Origin: an uncultured Muribaculaceae bacterium
GTDB taxonomy: Bacteria; Bacillota_I; Bacilli_A; RF39; UBA660
Direction of reading: 5' to 3'
DNA length: 57,653 bases
Assembly (NCBI GenBank): GCA_964402155.1
Contig: CAYOAY010000001.1
Span: 1-57,653, forward strand
This document shows positions 28,200-38,783 of this stretch, piece after piece. Each line of letters starts with the position of its first letter. Positions within the stretch are counted from its first letter, which is position 1. The translations under genes and the position numbers were made by a program. Below the pieces are notes generated by a model, which worked only from the letters and a program-made list of their open reading frames with translations, did no database searches and was not told where the DNA came from.

Positions 28200-29660
28200 T
28201 TAATTAACTTTTACCGATTCACTAGTTACATTAATATGTAACTTTTTTAATACCTTTTCATCTTCATAACAAAGTATTACTGTTGAATGTGCTTCTGTAT
28301 TTTCTAATTCTGATAAAGAATTAAGGGTTTCTTCAACAATAGCATTTGTTGTTGCGTTAATTGATAAGGCTGTTAATACATCTCCAGCATTTAATCTAGT
28401 ATTAGTTTCTTTATATATATTTTCTTTTAATTTACATATTGGTTCAATAATATTAGGTGATAATAACTTTAACTGATCTTTTACCCCTGCTAAATACTTG
28501 ATGCAATTAAGTAATGCTGCAGAAGTTGCGGTTAAAAGCTTTGTTTGTTTTCCTGTAATAATCGAGCCATCTTTAAGTTCAATCGCAAACGCAGGTACTT
28601 TCTTTTCTTTTTCTTTAAGTAGAGCCGCTTCAACTGGTTTTCTATCTTCAATCGTTGTTTTCATTTGAGCCATTATCATACTTATTTTCTCAACTTCAAC
28701 TTCAGTTGCTTTTCCAAGTCTAACCCTGCATTTTGTTTTATAATATCTTCTAATTACTTCTTGTTTACAAGCTTTAGTGACTTCTTCTTCATTAGTAATA
28801 CAAAAGCCTGCCATATTTACTCCCATATCCGTAGGAGATGAATATGGTGAAGAACCATATATCTTTTTAAACAAAGCCTCTAATATCGGATATACTTCAA
28901 CATCACGGTTATAGTTTACAGCAAGTTCTCCATATTTATTTAAATGAAATGGGTCAATCATATTGACATCATTTAAATCAACAGTTGCTGCTTCATATGC
29001 GAGATTAACTGGATGTTTTAATGGTAAATTCCAAATAGGGAATGTTTCATACTTTGCATATCCTGCATGTATGCCATTTTTATTTTCATGATATAACTGT
29101 GAAAGGCAAGTAGCCATTTTACCACTACCAGGTCCCGGAGCAGTAACAACGATTAAAGAACGTGTTGTCTTAATATAATCATTTTTACCAAATCCTTCTT
29201 CACTAACTATTTTATTAGTATCAAATGGATAACCAGGAATAGTATAATGAAAGAAAACAGGAATTCGTAAATATTTAAGTTTTCTTTTAAAAATCTCAAC
29301 TGTAGGTTGCATACTATACTGAGTAACAACAACACTACCAACATATAGATCCATTTTTCGAAAAGATTCTATCATTCTAAATACTTCTTCTTCATAAGAA
29401 ATACCATTATCGCCACGCATTTTAGATATTTCAATATCATTCGCATTGATACATATAACAATTTCTACTTTATCTCGAAGTCCAAATAACATTTGAACTT
29501 TTGAGTCAATCTTAAATCCTGGTAAGACTCTAGATGCATGATAATCATCAAATATCTTTCCACCAAATTCAAGATATAACTTATTATTAAATTGTTTAAT
29601 TCTTTCTCTAATTTTTTCTGCTTGTAATTTTAAATATTTGTCATTATCAAATGCACTCAT
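28200..29660 (-). CDS. DUF1846 (UPF0371) family protein
   Basis: The N-terminus (SAFDNDKYLKLQAEKIRERI..LYLEFGGKIFDDYHASRVLPGF) and the ~490-aa length match the UPF0371 family as I recall it. The ATG start follows GAGGTG. Confidence 0.7.
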   Translation of the reverse strand: MSAFDNDKYLKLQAEKIRERIKQFNNKLYLEFGGKIFDDYHASRVLPGFKIDSKVQMLFGLRDKVEIVICINANDIEISKMRGDNGISYEEEVFRMIESFRKMDLYVGSVVVTQYSMQPTVEIFKRKLKYLRIPVFFHYTIPGYPFDTNKIVSEEGFGKNDYIKTTRSLIVVTAPGPGSGKMATCLSQLYHENKNGIHAGYAKYETFPIWNLPLKHPVNLAYEAATVDLNDVNMIDPFHLNKYGELAVNYNRDVEVYPILEALFKKIYGSSPYSSPTDMGVNMAGFCITNEEEVTKACKQEVIRRYYKTKCRVRLGKATEVEVEKISMIMAQMKTTIEDRKPVEAALLKEKEKKVPAFAIELKDGSIITGKQTKLLTATSAALLNCIKYLAGVKDQLKLLSPNIIEPICKLKENIYKETNTRLNAGDVLTALSINATTNAIVEETLNSLSELENTEAHSTVILCYEDEKVLKKLHINVTSESVKVN

Positions 29661-29801
29661 TTTGCTCACCTCACAATTAATATATATATTATACCATAAA
29701 TAATTATTTTTTGTTTTGAATTTAATTTAAAAAAAGGCTATTAGTTTTTTAACGTGTCAAATAAATGGGGGTTCACTTCAAAAAACTATTAGTCTATTTT
29801 C

Positions 29802-30461
29802 TTATTTTCTATCAATAATGATTGGTTTAAGTACTTGTAAACCCATACTTCCACCTTTAATGGCTTTGATTAAAACTACATTAGAATATTCTTTATTCTT
29901 GTCAAAAACAAATTTTAATACTTTAACTTTAAATTTATTCTTTCTTAATTCAATCATTACTTCTTCTAACCTTGATGTTTGAAATAATAAATATAATACA
30001 CCCTGATTTTTTAAATTTCTTCTAATTGAAAGAATTAATTTATCTAAAGTTAAATCACTTTCATGTTTAGCAAGAGCTTTATATTTATTAATGCATTTCC
30101 CATCTTCTTTTGTTTTAAAATAAGGAGGATTACATATAATAACATCTACTTCTTCACCAGTATAAGTAATAATGTCATCATTTATTAATTCATAGTTAGA
30201 AATATTATTTTCATCTAAATTTCTTTTAGCAAGTTTTAATGCTTCTGTATTAATTTCAAGTCCAATTAATTTCTTTGGCTTAAAAAAACTTGCATATATC
30301 AGTAAAGCCCCATTATTAGTTCCCATATCAAGGACGGTATCTTTTTGATATATATTAATGAATTCACCAAGTACTGCTGTATCAGTGTTAATTCTAAACA
30401 TTGTATCATCTTGATATATAGGAATTTCAGGATGGTTTGGTAAATAATCTTTTCTAATCAT
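29802..30461 (-). CDS. Class I SAM-dependent N6-adenine methyltransferase (YfiC/TrmN6-like)
   Basis: SAM-binding motif VLDMGTNNGAL and catalytic NPPY (IICNPPYFK). Confidence 0.65.
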   Translation of the reverse strand: MIRKDYLPNHPEIPIYQDDTMFRINTDTAVLGEFINIYQKDTVLDMGTNNGALLIYASFFKPKKLIGLEINTEALKLAKRNLDENNISNYELINDDIITYTGEEVDVIICNPPYFKTKEDGKCINKYKALAKHESDLTLDKLILSIRRNLKNQGVLYLLFQTSRLEEVMIELRKNKFKVKVLKFVFDKNKEYSNVVLIKAIKGGSMGLQVLKPIIIDRK

Positions 30462-31035
30462 ACTTTTTTCCTTCTTTTAATGGTATTATTCGATTATTAG
30501 TTAATGAAATAATTATTAATGGAATAAGAATTAACTGAATAAGGATACCAGGCCACGCTGTTAATAGGGCACCACTAATAAACATTTCTTTTGAAAATTT
30601 CATTGTTTCATCAATTAAAATTAATAAATATCTTGTAAGTCCCCAGCCTACTCTACCTAAAATCATTGCGATTATTAAACTAATATATACATATATAATA
30701 TTTAGGCTTAATTTATTTTCTTTATTTTTCTTTATTAAAAAATTATAAATTGCACCTGAAACAAACCCATATATACAAAGTTCTACTGACATTGATATTG
30801 CAAGTGGGTAAAATGTAGGCATTGTAAAAATTAAAGATCTAAGTAGAGGTGTAACCATACCAAGTAAGGCACCATAAATAGGGCCACATATAAATCCACA
30901 TATAATTACTGGTATATGCATTGGACATAACATATTACCTACTTCTTTTATTTGACCAGTTATAAATGGCAAGATTAAACCTATAGCAAGGCATAATCCG
31001 GTAATACATATTTTATTAATTCTTATTTTTTTCAT
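30454..31035 (-). CDS. ECF-transporter S-component-like membrane protein (substrate unknown)
   Basis: 193 aa, 6 TM. The segment GLILPFITGQ...PMHIPVIICGFICGPIYGALLG is typical of S-components. No riboswitch is visible upstream. Confidence 0.5.
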   Translation of the reverse strand: MKKIRINKICITGLCLAIGLILPFITGQIKEVGNMLCPMHIPVIICGFICGPIYGALLGMVTPLLRSLIFTMPTFYPLAISMSVELCIYGFVSGAIYNFLIKKNKENKLSLNIIYVYISLIIAMILGRVGWGLTRYLLILIDETMKFSKEMFISGALLTAWPGILIQLILIPLIIISLTNNRIIPLKEGKKYD

Positions 31036-31153
31036 ATAATATTCCTTATTTATTTTTTATTAAGTATATCATATTTTACCGATAATTGCAAAATATAAGG
31101 AATTTTAATATATATCTTTATTTAATAAAAAAATGGAGTATGAAACTCCATTA

Positions 31154-31870
31154 TTACATTTCTTCAATATGATATATATATTCTAAAGATTTAAATGCGG
31201 CTATAATTTCTTTATGGGTTTTATATTTTTTAAGTTCCGGACTTACAATAGATATAGAAACAGTATAAACACTTAATCCTGAATTTATATATGCAGGATT
31301 AGTTTCAATATCATCAATTCGAAGTCCAAGTTCTCTAGCTGTTGTTGTGAATTCTTTTAAATATGTAACATTTTTTAATTCTAAATGAATTTCAAAATGA
31401 TTTGATCTATTCTTTAAATATATCTCAATACTAGGGAAAATTGATAAAATAATAAGGAAACTAACAAAGCAAATTAATACAAGTGTATAATAGCCAGTAC
31501 CTATTAATAAACCAATAATGGCTGAACCCCAAAGTCCAACTGAAGTAGTTAACCCCTTAATTTGATTTTTAGAACTATATAGAATAGTATTACTACTGAT
31601 AATGGCAATACCGATTATCATTGAGGCTGATATTAACCATAATCCTCCACTATTTTTTTCAATTAAAAGTAAATCTAAAAGCATTGCAAGTGTTGAACCT
31701 AGTGATACAATTATAAAAGTTCTAAGTCCTGCTGCGTGACGTTTACTAGAACGTTCACAACCAATTATAGCAGCTATTAAAATTGATAATCCTATTTTTA
31801 AAATAATACTCCAAATATTATTTTCTGTTGACCATGTTCCTAAAAGTTTAGCAATTGGATCTTCATACAT
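31154..31870 (-). CDS. MgtC/SapB family protein
   Basis: GCERSSKRHAAGLRTFIIVSLGS motif, a 4-5 TM N-terminal domain, and an ACT-like C-terminal domain. Confidence 0.8.
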   Translation of the reverse strand: MYEDPIAKLLGTWSTENNIWSIILKIGLSILIAAIIGCERSSKRHAAGLRTFIIVSLGSTLAMLLDLLLIEKNSGGLWLISASMIIGIAIISSNTILYSSKNQIKGLTTSVGLWGSAIIGLLIGTGYYTLVLICFVSFLIILSIFPSIEIYLKNRSNHFEIHLELKNVTYLKEFTTTARELGLRIDDIETNPAYINSGLSVYTVSISIVSPELKKYKTHKEIIAAFKSLEYIYHIEEM

Positions 31871-31875
31871 AATCT

Positions 31876-33354
31876 TTACCTCCTATTTCTCATTAAATTA
31901 GCACGTCTTGAATTAGATAGATTATATTCATCTGCTGCCTCAGTAAATGCTATTTCTTCTTCATTTAACAATGCCTCATGTTCCGGCAATTGTTCTTGAA
32001 TCTTCTTAATTCTTTCAATTAAAATTTCAACATCAGTTTTCTTGCTTCCATCTTCATTTTCAGGTGTAACTACCGTAATATCATCTAAATTATTTGAATA
32101 TGACTTAGATAAATATAATGATAACTTAGCGCATGCGGGACCAATTAGTTCATATAAAACACTTGATGCTAAAATAATGGTTTCTAAATTACTTCCTTGC
32201 TCTCCACCTAATGTTCTTGCACCTAAAGCCGCAAGACCAATAGCAACTCCAGCTTGAGGAATTAATGCAAGTCCTAAGTAATTTCTAACTTCCTTTTTCT
32301 TTTTAACAGTTGCACATCCTACATATGCACCTGCATATTTTCCTATAATCCTTACAATAAAATAGACAACCCCAACCACAATTAGAGGTGTAGATGACAC
32401 AGTGCCAGATGTATGAACTAAGGCATCTAACTTAAAGTTTAATCCCGACCTTACAAAGAATAAAAGTAAAATTGGTGGTGTAAAGTAATTAAGTTGTTTA
32501 AATAACTTATCATCATTTGTTGAATTTATATATATAGTTCCCATAGCCATACAACCAAGTAATGGTGATTCATCTAAGATTGCGCATATTCCACAAAATA
32601 AAAATATCAAAGCAATGGCAATAATTAATCTATTATCGGTTGTTCTTTTCTTTGTCATCATTAATTTCATAATAATACCAAAGAAAGCACCTAAAATAAG
32701 GATGCCAAGACTAGTTAAAATAGGAACAACAACACTTGTAAAACTAAATGTTCCACCTGCATTTGATGCGACCGCAACGGAAATAGCAATACTATATGCG
32801 ACAAGTCCAACAATATCATCAAGAGCTACAACTTGAAGTAATGTGTCAACGAAATCTCCTTTAGCTCCTGTTTGTCTAATTGTCATTACTGTTGATGCAG
32901 GGGCAGTCGCCGCAGCTAGTGCCGCAAGTACAACCGAGAATGCTAAACTCATATGTAATAAAAAATACATAACAATAAATATTAATATCGAAGCAACAAG
33001 TGATTCAAATAAAGTTATAACAATTACTTTTGGTCCATTTTTCTTTATAATTGCAAATTTAAAAAATTCTCCTGTACTAAAAGCAATAAAAGCAAGTGCT
33101 ATATCTGATAAAAAATCCATCCCACTAATTATTGTTTCCGGAATTAAATTAAGTACATAAGGGCCCATTAAAATACCAACTACTATATAAGCAGTTACAT
33201 TTGGTAGTTTTAATCTTTTCGTAATTCTAGTCATTAAAAAGCCACCAAATAACATTAATGCTACTGAAATAATTACTAATGCGACATTAGATTTAATTCC
33301 TAAATTTTCAAAAAAGCTTAAATCAGCAATTATATTAATCCTTAAATTATTCAT
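31876..33354 (-). CDS. Cation:proton antiporter (CPA2-like, Na+/H+ exchanger family)
   Basis: 492 aa with about 12 TM segments and a charged cytoplasmic tail. Motifs RLKLPNVTAYIVVGILMGP and FIAFSTGEEF-like are typical of the Na_H_Exchanger family. Confidence 0.75.
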   Translation of the reverse strand: MNNLRINIIADLSFFENLGIKSNVALVIISVALMLFGGFLMTRITKRLKLPNVTAYIVVGILMGPYVLNLIPETIISGMDFLSDIALAFIAFSTGEFFKFAIIKKNGPKVIVITLFESLVASILIFIVMYFLLHMSLAFSVVLAALAAATAPASTVMTIRQTGAKGDFVDTLLQVVALDDIVGLVAYSIAISVAVASNAGGTFSFTSVVVPILTSLGILILGAFFGIIMKLMMTKKRTTDNRLIIAIALIFLFCGICAILDESPLLGCMAMGTIYINSTNDDKLFKQLNYFTPPILLLFFVRSGLNFKLDALVHTSGTVSSTPLIVVGVVYFIVRIIGKYAGAYVGCATVKKKKEVRNYLGLALIPQAGVAIGLAALGARTLGGEQGSNLETIILASSVLYELIGPACAKLSLYLSKSYSNNLDDITVVTPENEDGSKKTDVEILIERIKKIQEQLPEHEALLNEEEIAFTEAADEYNLSNSRRANLMRNRR

Positions 33355-33474
33355 ATGATCCTCCTTCCTTCTTGAATTTATTAATTTCTTGTGATATAAT
33401 TATAACACAAAATAACTATAAAGTAAAATTATTATTTTTTAGGTATCCATAAATTATTTTTATAGGAGGTAGTT

Positions 33475-34395
33475 ATGATTGATCCTAAATTAAATACCTT
33501 ATTAACAGTCGCAAATCTTAAAAACTTTACAAAGGCTGCTGAGAAACTAAATTTAACGCAACCTGCTGTAAGTCATCAAATATCATTACTTGAAGAAGAA
33601 CTACATACTCAAATATTTGTAAGAAAAAAAGGAGATATTATTCCAACAGTTAAAGGTGAAATCATTATTAATTATGCGAAAAGAGTTAATGCCATGTATC
33701 AAAAATTAACTCAAGAACTAAAAAGCGATACTAATCATATTAACATTAGGCTTGGTATTACTCATACAGCAGAAAGTAATCAAATAACAGAAGTAATTGG
33801 AGAATACCTTAAAAATAATTCGGAAATAAAAATTACAATTATTACTGATACAACGAAAAAACTTTATGAAATGGTTAATAATTATGAATTAGATCTTGCT
33901 ATTGTTGATAGTAAACATGAACAAACAAATCTTACTTTTGTTCCTTTAGATAATGATTATTTAGTATGTGTATTAAATAATAATAATAAACTTGCCAGTA
34001 AAAAAGTAATTAAATTAACTGATTTAAAAAAAGAAAACTTAATTTTACGACTTCCATCATCAAGTACTAGAAAGCTTTTTGCTTCTTCTTTAGAGACAAT
34101 AAATGAATCATTAGATAATTTCAATATATGTATTGAAGTTGATAATATTGCGACGATTAAAGATTTAATTAGAAAAGACTTTGGAGTCTCAGTTCTTGCT
34201 AAAAGTGCGTGTATGGATGAAGTTAGTAAAAAGAAATTAACAATTCTACCAATAGAAAATTTAAGTATGTTAAGACAAAACTATATTATTTATAATAAAG
34301 ATTTCCCTTATGTAAGTCAAATTAACTATCTTGTTAATATGTATGTAGGAAAAGTAAACAAAGAAAAAAACATATCTATAGATAATATCATATGA
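33475..34395 (+). CDS. LysR-family transcriptional regulator
   Basis: The N-terminal HTH (LLTVANLKNFTKAAEKLNLTQPAVSHQISLLEEEL) is followed by a substrate-binding domain. It is divergent from the antiporter/mgtC operon. Confidence 0.9.
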   Translation: MIDPKLNTLLTVANLKNFTKAAEKLNLTQPAVSHQISLLEEELHTQIFVRKKGDIIPTVKGEIIINYAKRVNAMYQKLTQELKSDTNHINIRLGITHTAESNQITEVIGEYLKNNSEIKITIITDTTKKLYEMVNNYELDLAIVDSKHEQTNLTFVPLDNDYLVCVLNNNNKLASKKVIKLTDLKKENLILRLPSSSTRKLFASSLETINESLDNFNICIEVDNIATIKDLIRKDFGVSVLAKSACMDEVSKKKLTILPIENLSMLRQNYIIYNKDFPYVSQINYLVNMYVGKVNKEKNISIDNII

Positions 34396-34421
34396 TATTA
34401 AATCTATAAGATATGCTTTTT

Positions 34422-35780
34422 TTATTTTTCTTTCATCTTTGTCTTTAAATTAGATACACTATTTTTTTCTTTATTAATATCTTTTTGATATTTAAATTCA
34501 AAATCTTTAAGTAAATTATTTTTATATTCATATAATTCACTAGCAGTATCAAAAATTTCTGAAAATTTATATGTTAAGATATTGGTAGGTATTTTATTTC
34601 TTATATCATCAAGTTCTTTGATTGTAGATATTATCTTATTACATATACCTTGATATAATGAGGTTGCACTTTCTTCTAAATCAATTAAACTTTGTTCAAT
34701 ATTTTTTAATTCCCATGTTAAATTTAAGACTTTTGTATTAATTTCAAAATACCCAATTAAATCATTTTCTAAAGACTTCTGACCAAGAAGTTGTTTTTGT
34801 ATATTTAGTTCTTGTTTCTTTTCTTGTAAAGAAACTAACATCTGTTGATAAAGTGAATCTTCAAGAATAAAATATTCTTCGTATTTTGACTCAACTAAAT
34901 TATAAGCATCAACAAAAAGATTATATTTTTCATTATATTCATCAATTAAATTTTGGTAAAGTTCATTATCTAAATTATTTATGGCATTTTTTATGGATTC
35001 TTGTTCAGCTAATGTAATTGATTGGTTTTTAACTTCTAAATATAAATCTTCTAATTTTTTAGTCGCAAAATTTTTAACTTCCAATTGATATAACTTAATT
35101 TCATTTAATAAATTAGTAAGTGAATATGTATCTGATACTTTTTCATCAATTGTAGGGTTATATTTTAACACTAAATCTCTTAATTCATCAATCGTTTTAC
35201 TATTATCAATTTTAATATTTGCATTAATCGAATTATTATTACATGATGTAGAAATAATTTGTTTAATATTTTCTTGAAGTAGTTTATTTTTGCCATCTTC
35301 ATCTGAGGTAACACTAAGTGCAATTTCGTTTTCAATACCAGGTACTAAATATTTAGTTTGTAATTCTATTGAAATAATTGAATTAATAACATCCTCTATA
35401 TTTTGACCTATAATATTTTCTCCTTCAATAATCATTTTTCCTTCATCATTATTTCCATATACGGATAAGACTTGATTTTTTTCATCAATTACCATTTCAA
35501 TACTAGGATTAACATCTATCGTAACAAGTGCTAAATATTGATTATTCGGATTAACAGAAGTAGAAGGCTTATTATCAAAAAGAGTAATCGTAAGTAAAGT
35601 AGTACACATAATTATTAATATAAAAATACAAGCATAAGACCACTTAAATTTAAATGTGAAAGGTTTAGGGAGATTTACATCATTTTCTTGATAGATACGC
35701 GTTTTTAGTTGTGTGGTCGGATTCGTATCTAATAATTCATTTTTTAAGGTCTTCTTTAACTTTTTTTCAAATTTTGTCAT
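34422..35780 (-). CDS. Single-pass membrane protein, candidate anti-sigma factor with an RsgI-like extracytoplasmic module and long coiled coil
   Basis: Its start lies 1 nt after the sigma gene stop. It has a short cytoplasmic N-terminus and one TM segment (ACIFILIIMCTTLLTITLF), then TIDVNPSIEMVIDEKNQVLSVYGNNDEGK.. resembling the post-TM module of RsgI-type anti-sigma factors. The C-terminal half is heptad-rich. Confidence 0.5.
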   Translation of the reverse strand: MTKFEKKLKKTLKNELLDTNPTTQLKTRIYQENDVNLPKPFTFKFKWSYACIFILIIMCTTLLTITLFDNKPSTSVNPNNQYLALVTIDVNPSIEMVIDEKNQVLSVYGNNDEGKMIIEGENIIGQNIEDVINSIISIELQTKYLVPGIENEIALSVTSDEDGKNKLLQENIKQIISTSCNNNSINANIKIDNSKTIDELRDLVLKYNPTIDEKVSDTYSLTNLLNEIKLYQLEVKNFATKKLEDLYLEVKNQSITLAEQESIKNAINNLDNELYQNLIDEYNEKYNLFVDAYNLVESKYEEYFILEDSLYQQMLVSLQEKKQELNIQKQLLGQKSLENDLIGYFEINTKVLNLTWELKNIEQSLIDLEESATSLYQGICNKIISTIKELDDIRNKIPTNILTYKFSEIFDTASELYEYKNNLLKDFEFKYQKDINKEKNSVSNLKTKMKEK

Positions 35781-35781
35781 T

Positions 35782-36279
35782 TTACTTGTACTCCTTTCTT
35801 AATATTTCAATTCCATCATAATATAAGCCTTGTACTTTTCCAATCGTCATATCCATCATCATAGCTATTTCTTTAAACTTATGATTATAGATAAAACGTA
35901 AAACCATTATCTGAATTGTTTCATCATCTAAATGATCATGAAATAGTTCTAGCATTTCTCTATGATTATTATCATTTGTCTTATAATTTGTTATAATCTC
36001 ATCATCGTGTAACACATCCTTGTGTTTATCCCTTGTAACATAATTACATGCGGTATTGCGTGTAATCATACATATCCATTCCTTCATTTTCCCTTTATCA
36101 ACATATGTATCAAGTGAATTTAAGATTTTAGTAAAGACCTCACTAACAATGTCTTCACTATCCTCTTTGTTTAAGGTATAAGAATAAGCGATATGATATA
36201 CTAATTTTACATAATCATTATATAACTTATTTATAGCAATGTCATCTTTTTGTCTAAGACGTTCATAAAAGTCTTTCAT
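35782..36279 (-). CDS. Sigma-70 family (ECF-size) RNA polymerase sigma factor
   Basis: 165 aa. Region 2-like segment (VYHIAYSYTLNKEDSEDIVSEVFTKIL) and region 4 HTH (VLRFIYNHKFKEIAMMMDMTIGKVQGLYYDGIEILRK). Confidence 0.75.
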   Translation of the reverse strand: MKDFYERLRQKDDIAINKLYNDYVKLVYHIAYSYTLNKEDSEDIVSEVFTKILNSLDTYVDKGKMKEWICMITRNTACNYVTRDKHKDVLHDDEIITNYKTNDNNHREMLELFHDHLDDETIQIMVLRFIYNHKFKEIAMMMDMTIGKVQGLYYDGIEILRKEYK

Positions 36280-36333
36280 ATCGATTACCCTATACCTTTC
36301 ATAATATTATTACTTTTATTTTATCTTAATATT

Positions 36334-37554
36334 TTATTTTTGGTTAATTGATGCTTTTAATTCTTCTTTTTTAGCTTTTAATTCAGCATCAATTTTAGCA
36401 ATGTCTTCAGCATGTGCACTTTCGAATTTTTCAAAGTAGTTATCTTTTACTTCATTCATGGCATTTTCAATTTCTACAGCTTTAGCTTGAAGAGTACCTT
36501 CAACATCTAAATTCTTTAATTTATTATCTAATTCTGTAAATGTTTTTTCTGCTTCTTTTAAATAATTAAGAGTTACATCAAATCCTTTAATCGCATTATT
36601 ACCCATTGTAACTAATGCAGTTTCAAGCTTATCATATGCTTGTTTTAATGCTTCTAAATTATCAAGTTCTACTTCTAGTTTTGCATCTCCAACTTCAATT
36701 GTTGCGACGAATGCTTTTTGTTCTAAGTATTTCACTTTTGCCTCACGTACAGCAGCTAGAGCTTTTTGATATTCAGAATCAGGAGAAATTAATGTATTAT
36801 ACTTTAATTCTTCAAGTTCTGTTAAATATTGACGATAAATTTGTAATGCTGAATTATATGCGCCATAAACTAAAGTATAAGCTCCACCGATTTCACTTAT
36901 AATTTTGGCTGTTGTTTCTTTTTCAGTAAAAGAAATTTCATATTCTTTAGCTTCAAAATATAATTTTTTCATTTCTTCAGATACTAGTTCTGCCGTTTCA
37001 ATACGACTTACAGCAAGAGCTTTAATTAAATCTTCTTCAGACATTTCAGCCACTTCTTCTTCTGTATATGTTGAATTGTTAAGTACTAATGTTCTTAATT
37101 GTTCAACAGCCATCGCATTTACTTTTTCAACAGATGCATTTATATGATTATCTTCTAAGAATTTCTTTGTTGATTCTTGAATTTTATCATTTAATTTTGT
37201 TGCATATTCAGAATTACCAGATACTGATATTTTAACGGTATTTTCGTTTGCTTCTAATTCACCTTTTACAAGATAACCTGTTTCAGTAGATACATTAACA
37301 ATTAAATTAACTGCATCTTCAACATCTTTTCCAACAATTGCCTCTCCAGCAATAATAATACTACCATCATCATTTAAGGCAGATACGGCAACTACTTTTT
37401 GTTCTTCATCTACTATTAATTCAATACTTGGATTAATGTCAACAGTAACTCTTGACATTTCTCCTTTTTCTTCATCCTTGCCACATGATACAAATGTTAG
37501 TGCACATGTAAATGTAATTGCAAGTACTAAAAAACTTTTAAATAATTTTCTCAT
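36334..37554 (-). CDS. Lipoprotein paralogous to the ectodomain of the downstream candidate anti-sigma factor
   Basis: Lipobox FVSCG. TVDINPSIELIVDEEQKVVAVSALNDDGSIIIAGEAIVGKDVEDAVNLIV aligns residue-for-residue with 34422-35780 (TIDVNPSIEMVIDEKNQVLSVYGNNDEGKMIIEGENIIGQNIEDVINSII). A coiled-coil tail follows. Confidence 0.65.
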   Translation of the reverse strand: MRKLFKSFLVLAITFTCALTFVSCGKDEEKGEMSRVTVDINPSIELIVDEEQKVVAVSALNDDGSIIIAGEAIVGKDVEDAVNLIVNVSTETGYLVKGELEANENTVKISVSGNSEYATKLNDKIQESTKKFLEDNHINASVEKVNAMAVEQLRTLVLNNSTYTEEEVAEMSEEDLIKALAVSRIETAELVSEEMKKLYFEAKEYEISFTEKETTAKIISEIGGAYTLVYGAYNSALQIYRQYLTELEELKYNTLISPDSEYQKALAAVREAKVKYLEQKAFVATIEVGDAKLEVELDNLEALKQAYDKLETALVTMGNNAIKGFDVTLNYLKEAEKTFTELDNKLKNLDVEGTLQAKAVEIENAMNEVKDNYFEKFESAHAEDIAKIDAELKAKKEELKASINQK

Positions 37555-38269
37555 TTTTTACATTTCCTTTCTTTTTTTATCCTTACACTATACATAACAC
37601 AAAAAAATTAATATTTATTCTAAAATAATAAATATTTTTTTATATAGTCTATTTATACCATTAATATATAATATAAGAATTATATAAAAAAGAATTAATA
37701 AAATTTTTTTGTAATTTTTTTAATTTCAACTCTATAGTCTTCCATCATTTTTACATTTCCATATCAGACTCTTTTTTCTTTTCTTTAACTATCTTTTTAG
37801 AGGTTTCTAAATCGCTAAATATAAAATGTAACATGTTAAATGTTTCTTGTATTTGTTCAATATCAATTTTATCTTTTTTATCAAATACATAAATATTATG
37901 GATAGTATTTAATGCTTTTTTAAATTGTTCACTATCATTCCTTAAGTCTCCATCATGATCAATAATGCCTTCTTCTACTAATCTTTCAAATTCGGCTTTT
38001 CTTAATTTCTTTTGATATTCTTCAAATACTTTACTAGCTTCATCTATTACTTTTAGATTGTGGCTGAAAGTTTGATAAAATTGAAATACCAGTAAAACTA
38101 TTTAGAAAACAAGAATTAAAACATATAAAGCAAACAATAGATTTTTCAAAATAGGTATCAAATATAGGTATCATTTTTCAAAAAATATAAAGACCAAATT
38201 ATTAAAGTAAAATAATGATTTTTACAGGTTGTACTTATGTAAATTATTATTATACTTTTTTAATTTGGT

Positions 38270-38530
38270 CTTTTTTAGAAAATTTCGGTGGCAAACTCGG
38301 GTTTTATCATTATTAATATATTTATATGTCAATCTACCTTTAATATCATAAGATGTAGAATAGTTATTAATACTAGTCATATTCTTATATTTAACTAAAT
38401 CTGTAGTAGTTAAAGCTGAGTTTGATATAATTAATTCTTCAATATTACCTGCTAAATATTCTGACTCATTATTATAATTTGAACCTATATATACGTCGAT
38501 ACCACCTTGAAGTAGGTACTTTTGGTTTAT
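38270..38530 (-). pseudogene. Fragment of a LamG/concanavalin-like domain gene
   Basis: The minus-strand frame reads ..GGIDVYIGSNYNNESEYLAGNIEELIISNSALTTTDL.., resembling the F-G-x-I-D-E-hydrophobic-I-Y-N-x-A-L-S end of LamG domains. There is no start codon or upstream domain. Confidence 0.3.
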
Positions 38531-38783
38531 ATACTATTAAAATGAACATTCCTTATAAATAAAAAAGGTAAGCATACTTCTAAAAGCACACTTACCAAGT
38601 TTTACTATATAAAACATTAGATTATTCTTTTAATGAATCAAATCTTAATATTTAATCAATCATTATAAATTACGATATTGATCCATTCTTTATATTTAAC
38701 AATTACAAATCCACTATTAAATGTTTTGATAAATCATAAATATAATCATTAATTTTTTATTTAAACAACTCAAGTTATAATTA

